DNA from: a virus
DNA length: 64,000 bases
Reading direction: 5' to 3' (one strand)
IMG/VR virus record: IMGVR_UViG_3300044858_003017
The position numbers and the translations under genes are program-made. The notes under the pieces were generated by a model. It was not told the DNA's origin. It worked only from the letters and a program-made list of their open reading frames with translations, and did no database searches. Below, piece after piece: positions 57,049-64,000 of the stretch. Position 1 is the first letter of the stretch. Each line of letters opens with the position of its first letter.

Positions 57049-58236
57049 TTAGAAATCTAATTTAACTCGTATAAGAGCTTCTCGCTGAAATGATTTTAAT
57101 AATGGTTTAGAAAGTTTTGCTACTGCTAACAATTCTTGATTATCATTATAAAGACCAATTGTAGTAATATATGTTTTAGGATCGCCAATAAATGTAGTTT
57201 GAGATAATTGTCCATTGGAACCACTAGTAAACGATGGATTATTTGAAAAATTATATTCACCGTTTTTAACTCTTACGAAATAATTTGTACTAGTTACATT
57301 TTCTGAATTTCGTGCTAAGAATCCATATGCATCTCCCGTGCTAGGATTAGTTAATACAGAACTGCCTGATATTGAATGAAACAATGCAAAATGATTATTT
57401 CCTTCTGAACTTGAACCTGTATTTGTTTGGAAATTCAATTGTTGATCTAACATCTTTCCATCTAATATCAATGTACCAAATGCTGGATATGCCAATCCGT
57501 AATATACTGGCGCTGATGGATTGTAAACACCATCGTTGATAGAACCTGATACAATATTGTAAACTTGTCCAGAATCTCCAACCGTTGGATTTGAAATTGA
57601 TGAATCATCGATTAATGTGATTACTCTAGACCCCGAAACATTTACACTACCCGTTGCATTAGTAGGTCTAGAACCAGAAATTGTACGTAATGGAATTTCA
57701 AAATTTCCAGCATCTAATCGTTCTCGTAAACGATTACGTTTAAAGTTAACAACATAGATATAATCAGTACTTCCAGAACCAGCTGTTGTAAATCTAGAAT
57801 CTGTAGGATTAAGTAATAATTGTCGGTATTGTGAATAAATTGCTTTTGATGGAGAATCTTCTAACTGTCCTTGAGAATCTGATCCACTACCTAAAGCATG
57901 ACCGAATGCTAAAGAAAATTGTGTTGCTGCGCCATCTGCGCTAGGAGTTTCTTGATAAACATCAACATAATATCTACGTTGTGCCGTAGTTTCTGCAGAT
58001 GATGTAAAAAACGTAGTCAAACTAGCAATATTATCACTCCATAATCCAGCTGTAACAGTTTCGGTTTGATTTCCAACGACATCATTTGCTGCATCAAATC
58101 TAGTAAATGTTCTACCTGTAATATTTTGTGCTGCTTGATTTAATTGTGCAAGTAATGCATTATTTCCCAAATTTGTAAATTCTTGATTTTGTCCTATTCT
58201 AGGTTGTTGTTTTAATCGTTTAATTAATTCTTTCAT
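57049..58236 (-). CDS. Tail/baseplate structural protein
   Basis: C-terminal YITTIGLYN...LLAVAKLSKP paralogous to 55299..56990. Confidence 0.7.
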   Translation of the reverse strand: MKELIKRLKQQPRIGQNQEFTNLGNNALLAQLNQAAQNITGRTFTRFDAANDVVGNQTETVTAGLWSDNIASLTTFFTSSAETTAQRRYYVDVYQETPSADGAATQFSLAFGHALGSGSDSQGQLEDSPSKAIYSQYRQLLLNPTDSRFTTAGSGSTDYIYVVNFKRNRLRERLDAGNFEIPLRTISGSRPTNATGSVNVSGSRVITLIDDSSISNPTVGDSGQVYNIVSGSINDGVYNPSAPVYYGLAYPAFGTLILDGKMLDQQLNFQTNTGSSSEGNNHFALFHSISGSSVLTNPSTGDAYGFLARNSENVTSTNYFVRVKNGEYNFSNNPSFTSGSNGQLSQTTFIGDPKTYITTIGLYNDNQELLAVAKLSKPLLKSFQREALIRVKLDF

Positions 58237-58258
58237 ATTAATATTTTCCTTTTATGCG

Positions 58259-58903
58259 TTAGTTAACTACTTTTTTAACGGTTAACTGAATAGTAACGCT
58301 ACCTCCTGTTTCATTACCAATAATAGTAATAGTCGCAGTTTTATCAGTAACAAATACTGATTTTGCAACTACTCTAAATTGGAATCCTACTGCAGACACA
58401 CTAGTTGCATCTGAATTATCACCAATAAATCCAGGAGCGGTAGGAGCTGCTGTTGCATTAGCCAATGGTGTAGATACTTGTAAATCTGCAATTGAATTGT
58501 CTGATAATATTGCCGTATATCCCAATGTACTATTGCCACTGATAATATTAGCAGTATTAGGTGCAATAACTGAAGATGCGCCTGGTGTTTGTAATATTAT
58601 CGTAGTATTTCCTACATTAATTTTAGGTAAGTATACAGTATTTTTAGGCAATGATATCAATCGATATTTCAATGCCTGCGTTTCATCCGGAATAGCTTCT
58701 GTAATTGGCATATTTTCAATAATAGTGCCATAATATGATGTACCAAGTGGATGATCTGGATTCCATAATGAATAATCAACTTCATCATCTCCAACTGCAA
58801 ATTGTGTAATGTTAAATGCATTTCCGCCCTGAGCTAAAAGTTCACGACCTTTTAAAGTTAAAATTGCATCAACTGTAATTGTAGAATTATCTAAATATCC
58901 CAT
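58259..58903 (-). CDS. Tail-collar/baseplate protein
   Basis: ILTLKGRELLA...ITQFAVGD; late motif at 58922..58929. Confidence 0.7.
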   Translation of the reverse strand: MGYLDNSTITVDAILTLKGRELLAQGGNAFNITQFAVGDDEVDYSLWNPDHPLGTSYYGTIIENMPITEAIPDETQALKYRLISLPKNTVYLPKINVGNTTIILQTPGASSVIAPNTANIISGNSTLGYTAILSDNSIADLQVSTPLANATAAPTAPGFIGDNSDATSVSAVGFQFRVVAKSVFVTDKTATITIIGNETGGSVTIQLTVKKVVN

Positions 58904-58947
58904 AATATTTTTACCTTTATTATAAATATTACATATTAAAAAAATGG

Positions 58948-61900
58948 TTAATTTGTATTGCTACTTTTTCCTGTAGACTTTTTACCTGGATTTTTTTTGT
59001 TTGTTATAACTAAATTACCTTCTTGTCCTAGTTGTTGATATACCAATTGATTTGGATTTGATAAACTCCATTGTACAACCGGACCGCCGTCTACTGATTC
59101 GGTTGATGGGGCATTAAATCCTGGACCAGTAATCTTACATCCAGCATATCGATGATTTTCAATTCCGCGTGGTAAATAGTCTTGTACTTGTGCAAAACTC
59201 CCGGTAAATACTAAAGGAGACGTAATTGCATAACTGCTAGTACCATAAGATCCGGTACCATAATACCCTATAGGTCCAGAACTTGTTATAGCTAACACCG
59301 TACCCGATACAAATCTATATTCCGATGTTACACTCGATGTAATTGCTGGAAACGAAACTTCACTACGCCAATATGGAGTAGAACTAGTATAATATGTGCT
59401 ACCAGAGTATGTTAAATATTGATAACTATATGTCGTGCCATTATATTTCTGAGCAATTGATGCTGTTAAATATCCTTGTAGTTGATCATCATCAGTTCCA
59501 GATAATGTCATTATTTTACCATCAATTGATCCTGTATATTGAACATAATATGCAGACGCAGTTGGCAACGTACTAGCTAATTGTGCATTATATGTATCAT
59601 TTGTTTTTTGTAGGATTGGTAATATTGTATCTTTATTTCGTTCTAATATATTCGGTTGTACTAAAACACCTGTAATTTTTTCAACACGTGCTGGCAGTAA
59701 TTGTTCCAATTGTTTAAAGAATGATAAATCAAACAACGTAAACATTGAAATATACGAATTAAAATCATTTTTATCGGTATATTTTTTCCAATATTTTTGA
59801 GACTCAACAATTAATTCAGGATATCCATATGGATTCGTATTACCCGGATCTCCGATATAATCATCTAAATTAGTAAATCCTAATTGTGCAATGATATCTT
59901 CATCAATCATTGTTTGTGGAGAAAAGTATACTCCTATTTTTTTACTGTCTAATGGAGCTTTATCAAATTGACTTCGTTCTGCTCTACTCGTAGGACTCAA
60001 AGTTCCAACTAACTCATTATTTTCTAATCGTATTTTGTTATCATCAAGTGTACTACCACCTAATGAAATTGCGTCATAATAATATGTTTCTTCAATTGAA
60101 TCATATGGTGTTGCTAATGACCAACCAGAAAATGATGCGGATATGTTTGACGGTTTTGGTTCAACCCCAGTTAAACTACCCGTTAAATTATGATTTATAT
60201 TTTGTGTTAATGGCAATCTAAAAACTAATTCTGTGTATGAATCAATATTCCCATTATATGCAGCAGGAGCTTTAACGTGATTATTAAATGCTTCATCATT
60301 TAAACTAGATGACCACAATCTAAGTTCTTGTAATTGTCCAACTAATCTATTAGCACCAGTCGATGTTCCGCCCAATGTCAATGTGCCAGATCCTGCAAAT
60401 GAAGCTGTTGCCGATGCAGAAGCTGCTGCTACAATCGATCCATATTTAGATTTCTTAGTTACGATATCTAAATTAGTTCCATTCGTTCGTAAAACTAAAT
60501 TAAGCCAATTGCCATCAAACAATTCAATTTGATTTGAACTAGTTCCATTTATTCGTACAACACCCTTATTCCCACTAGTAAAATTTAAAGTTACTGTATT
60601 TGAACCTATTGTAAATAAATTCATAGTACTAGGTATCGTAGGATATTTTACAACATCGGCCGTTCTAAATCTAAGTTCTACAGCATTTATTGATTGCGAA
60701 TAATTAACTGTTACAGTACCTGCAGAACTACCACTTAAATCTAATGCATAATCAAAATTTAATTTTTCATATATTGGCGCTCGTTCTAAACGAGGACCGC
60801 CATATTCATTAATACTAATTAAAGATTGTGGAATACCATAACAAGATAACAATGCTTGAATACTTCTTTTAGTACCTTTAGATTTTAATAACAACGGCAA
60901 GTTATTGATAATTCTACGCCATACTGTATATGTTATATCCATTGCCGGAACAGAAGGATCGCCAACCGTATTTGACCCGGTCAATGGTGCACCAGCTTCT
61001 GATGTTCCTAGTACATATTGCCAAAGATTTTTATCCTGATTTCCATTAGTTAAATTCCAACCAAATTGTTTTGCTACTGAATATAACAATTCATTTGGCA
61101 TACCTAATTTAGGATTTTCTTCTCGTTTATTAATACGAGACATATGATTGATATATGTATATAATATATCATAATGATGTCCTAACATATTAACAAATGT
61201 AATCATATCAATGTTATTATCATCAATTCTTTGATATGATGGAATATTTCGATATAATGAATTTATGTTAAATCTATCGTATATATTTGCATATTCATAT
61301 GATGAACTATACCATGCAATAAATTGAGAACTAGTTGTTGGTGCATTAATATATGGATATGTTGAGTTTAATTTAGGCACTGGAGTTATGTAACTACCAG
61401 TTAATCTAGCAACTATTGGCTGTTCTAATGGAATATTAAATGTTGTTAATATTGACGACGATTGATTATACAAATATTGTTCAAATCCATCAAATCCTCC
61501 AATTAAACTAGTTATTTGATTTTGATATGAAGCAGCATCTGTTTGTGCAGCAATACCATTAGTTAAAGCTAACGATGCACTTTGTTGAGCATAATATTCT
61601 AGTAATTCTAATTTGTATTTAAAATTGTCTAATCTATCAGTTGCTGTACTATAAAAAACAAAGTTATTAAAATCTGAATAATCAATATTTAGTTTCATTC
61701 CCGACAAACTTCCGGAGAAATATGCATCGATAATTTGTTGAGATGTTGATAATGAAGATCCTAATAAATCGGTCCAAGTTTTGAATCCAGTTTCTGCAGA
61801 TGTATTATATGAATAATTTGCTTGCCAATTTGGTCCTGATAAAACATTTGTTGTAGGAAGTGCAACTGCTGGATTAATAACAACGTTGTCTACATATGGT

Positions 61901-62574
61901 TGTTTTTGTTCTTCAACAATCCAACATTTAAACCCTTCCTGAATATCTTCAGACAATGGTTCATATAATTTAATATATAATCCGCCTTTGGCTTCTACTG
62001 CATTGATAATAGTAGCAGTATTATTTCTGCTAAAATTTAACAACAATGTTTTATAAACAGGTCCAGTACGTAAACTAGTTAAATTTATAGTTTGTATAAA
62101 ATTAGTTATTTGTTGTAAATATCCAGAACTAGTTGGATCCGTTGGTTGCAGTCTAATCTCTGTTCGATCTGGAGAAATTTCTTGAATTTTTAAATACTGT
62201 AAATCGTAATTCCCAATTAAATTTTTAAAAAAGTTAACTACGAATCTAAACTGTCCAGCTGATATTTTTAATTGATTTTGTAATTGTGCATATAAATCAA
62301 TAGCTAATGGCTGAGTAGTAAATGATATAATATTATTACCATCATAATATTGTGGAATACTTCCTACAGCAGGAACATTGTGATTTGCCGTAATCCATGT
62401 TTGATCTAAATATACATGTAATTCAACCCGATCGGTATCATCTCGTTGTATGATATCAGTATTAAACGTTACGTTTGTTCGAAAATCGGAAACATCAGAT
62501 GCAGTATATCGTTCAGCTGATAAAGATTGGGATGCAATTAATATTTGTTCGATATTTTTATACTGCGTTAACAT
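58948..62574 (-). CDS. Large baseplate wedge-like protein with LamG domain
   Basis: LLKSKGTKRSIQALLSCYG (tail protein I-like), GQLQELRLW, QLLPAR. Confidence 0.7.
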   Translation of the reverse strand: MLTQYKNIEQILIASQSLSAERYTASDVSDFRTNVTFNTDIIQRDDTDRVELHVYLDQTWITANHNVPAVGSIPQYYDGNNIISFTTQPLAIDLYAQLQNQLKISAGQFRFVVNFFKNLIGNYDLQYLKIQEISPDRTEIRLQPTDPTSSGYLQQITNFIQTINLTSLRTGPVYKTLLLNFSRNNTATIINAVEAKGGLYIKLYEPLSEDIQEGFKCWIVEEQKQPYVDNVVINPAVALPTTNVLSGPNWQANYSYNTSAETGFKTWTDLLGSSLSTSQQIIDAYFSGSLSGMKLNIDYSDFNNFVFYSTATDRLDNFKYKLELLEYYAQQSASLALTNGIAAQTDAASYQNQITSLIGGFDGFEQYLYNQSSSILTTFNIPLEQPIVARLTGSYITPVPKLNSTYPYINAPTTSSQFIAWYSSSYEYANIYDRFNINSLYRNIPSYQRIDDNNIDMITFVNMLGHHYDILYTYINHMSRINKREENPKLGMPNELLYSVAKQFGWNLTNGNQDKNLWQYVLGTSEAGAPLTGSNTVGDPSVPAMDITYTVWRRIINNLPLLLKSKGTKRSIQALLSCYGIPQSLISINEYGGPRLERAPIYEKLNFDYALDLSGSSAGTVTVNYSQSINAVELRFRTADVVKYPTIPSTMNLFTIGSNTVTLNFTSGNKGVVRINGTSSNQIELFDGNWLNLVLRTNGTNLDIVTKKSKYGSIVAAASASATASFAGSGTLTLGGTSTGANRLVGQLQELRLWSSSLNDEAFNNHVKAPAAYNGNIDSYTELVFRLPLTQNINHNLTGSLTGVEPKPSNISASFSGWSLATPYDSIEETYYYDAISLGGSTLDDNKIRLENNELVGTLSPTSRAERSQFDKAPLDSKKIGVYFSPQTMIDEDIIAQLGFTNLDDYIGDPGNTNPYGYPELIVESQKYWKKYTDKNDFNSYISMFTLFDLSFFKQLEQLLPARVEKITGVLVQPNILERNKDTILPILQKTNDTYNAQLASTLPTASAYYVQYTGSIDGKIMTLSGTDDDQLQGYLTASIAQKYNGTTYSYQYLTYSGSTYYTSSTPYWRSEVSFPAITSSVTSEYRFVSGTVLAITSSGPIGYYGTGSYGTSSYAITSPLVFTGSFAQVQDYLPRGIENHRYAGCKITGPGFNAPSTESVDGGPVVQWSLSNPNQLVYQQLGQEGNLVITNKKNPGKKSTGKSSNTN

Positions 62575-62582
62575 ATTTTATA

Positions 62583-63800
62583 TTATCCTGCGTTTGACCC
62601 ACTTACTAATAAATTATTCCACTCATCTACAACTTTATCTGCATTTGTTACAGACCAATATGATGTATCAGCATTTATCGTATGAAATTTAAATTCTTCA
62701 TTTATATTACAAACTGCAGTTATACCAAAAACATCGCCTTGCGTAAATGATGAATTTGGAATAGTAACATCAATATATAAATCTTGAACACCATATTGTC
62801 CTATACGTCCCGGCGATGCTTGTTGTATTTGATCTAAATAATTATCTAATTGCGTTAATAATGTAGATCTTAAATTAGGTCGTAGTATATCAATTTGATT
62901 ATTAGTATTAATTAAATTAGATCTGCTTGCTGGTTCAAGTCCATTTAACGGATCATCTTGTAAAACATTTTTTAAACTATCAATAAATGTTGATGACAAT
63001 ATTATTGAATTAATGGGCGATGAACTATCAGAAATCAATATAAATGTTGCCTTAACTTCTGCATCGGATGCATTTGTTTGTCCTAACGTGCAATATTCGT
63101 TTGCATTTATTATGATATCGTTTATTAATTGTACAAATGCTTCTTGTTGCTGTGTATTTTCAAAATTTGAATTATAAAATGGGCCTAAATACGTACGGTT
63201 TGAACCATCTTGAGTTGTAGTTTTTCCAATATAAAAAAATGCAGTTCCAATATCAGCAGAATTTGGCGTATCAAAACGATGTTGCAATTTAATTCTAAAT
63301 CTAAGATTCGCACCAGAATTTTTTATTTCTTTGTTGATAAAATATCTATTTATTTTCTGAGTAGGATTTCCATCAACTAATTCATCCATTAATATACCAG
63401 AAGGAGTTGCAATTTGTATTCTTCTAGATTCCGTTGGTTTATATCTTGAATAAACGGGATCAATTAAAATATCATCTAAATTTATCGGAGCTGGTTCAAA
63501 ACTACCTGTAGCAAAAATGATTGCAGGGAAACTAAAATATTGAAATCTAGTTTGTACAGTGTTTAAAAAACTTTGTTTATTAATCTGCCTAGCGGTTGGT
63601 TCAATAATAAGTAACGGATTATCAATACTATTTTCAGTTATAATAATATTTCCTGCAGAGTCTCTTGGTATAATTGCAGTATTATTTGAAACTGCAGTTA
63701 AGCCATTTTGTAAATAAAATGATGCAGGTGACGCAACTACGAATTCTTCAGAATTTGGATCTTTACCTGGGCTACCTGCTAAATCTTGTTGTTTTGCCAT
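62583..63800 (-). CDS. Hypothetical structural protein
   Basis: 405-aa ORF within the baseplate operon. Confidence 0.65.
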   Translation of the reverse strand: MAKQQDLAGSPGKDPNSEEFVVASPASFYLQNGLTAVSNNTAIIPRDSAGNIIITENSIDNPLLIIEPTARQINKQSFLNTVQTRFQYFSFPAIIFATGSFEPAPINLDDILIDPVYSRYKPTESRRIQIATPSGILMDELVDGNPTQKINRYFINKEIKNSGANLRFRIKLQHRFDTPNSADIGTAFFYIGKTTTQDGSNRTYLGPFYNSNFENTQQQEAFVQLINDIIINANEYCTLGQTNASDAEVKATFILISDSSSPINSIILSSTFIDSLKNVLQDDPLNGLEPASRSNLINTNNQIDILRPNLRSTLLTQLDNYLDQIQQASPGRIGQYGVQDLYIDVTIPNSSFTQGDVFGITAVCNINEEFKFHTINADTSYWSVTNADKVVDEWNNLLVSGSNAG

Positions 63801-64000
63801 TATCTAACTACTTTAAAATAAATTTGGTCATCGATATACTGCTGTGTAAATCCATCTGTTATCATGAATTCTAAACGATAATATCGTTCTGGCATAAAAC
63901 CATTCATATCCATGTAAATGTAATTACTAGTATTATCGCAACTTACTTTATTATAAATATTATCAAACGGAATTATGTATTCGTCCGTTGCAGCATCTAA
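63800..64000 (-). CDS. C-terminus of a gene entering from the right edge (...MPERYYRLEF...IYFKVVR*)
   Basis: 67 open codons; TAA overlaps the next ATG. Confidence 0.8.
   Translation of the reverse strand, partial: LDAATDEYIIPFDNIYNKVSCDNTSNYIYMDMNGFMPERYYRLEFMITDGFTQQYIDDQIYFKVVR

Noticed and set aside
236-63874. All plus-strand ORFs and short nested minus-strand ORFs in the track (e.g. 2960..3274, 15925..16296, 38646..39056, 44459..44698)
   Set aside because: They lie antisense or off-frame within well-supported genes, lack motifs and mostly use alternative starts; they are shadows
1-64000. Stop-codon reassignment, as in some large phages
   Set aside because: Genes tile densely in the standard code; TAA, TGA and TAG all end genes at expected positions

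Overview
64-kb segment of a large, AT-rich, T4-like (contractile-tail) bacteriophage genome. All credible genes are on the minus strand and read in the standard genetic code. Left to right: small accessory genes; class II RNR (nrdJ); a replication/recombination block (gp41-like helicase, RNase H/5'-3' exonuclease, UvsX/RecA, gp32-like SSB, compact family-A polymerase); baseplate, tape measure, tube and sheath genes; fibre/adhesin genes; neck genes; PhoH; major capsid protein and scaffold; phage-encoded ribosomal protein bS21; prohead protease, portal and terminase; spanin-like membrane genes; a nucleotidyltransferase-ligase fusion; a fused Mre11-Rad50; primase; T7 endonuclease I-like resolvase; a minimal kinase; more baseplate genes. 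The layout matches the large bS21-encoding phages linked to Bacteroidota hosts (inference). Best leads: (1) a repeated 'late promoter + MIRLxxLLx[ED] leader' cassette on unrelated enzymes, suggesting head-packaged, injected effectors; (2) strong enrichment of [ST]-G-S tripeptides in virion-surface proteins, a possible modification sequon; (3) a GC-rich three-way-junction RNA in a fibre-gene leader; (4) an IKRLKQQPR[LI]G leader shared by the tape measure and a baseplate protein; (5) a probable +1 frameshift in the tail chaperone; (6) two promoter classes with several leaderless mRNAs. All product calls come from motif recognition by eye; no database searches were run.
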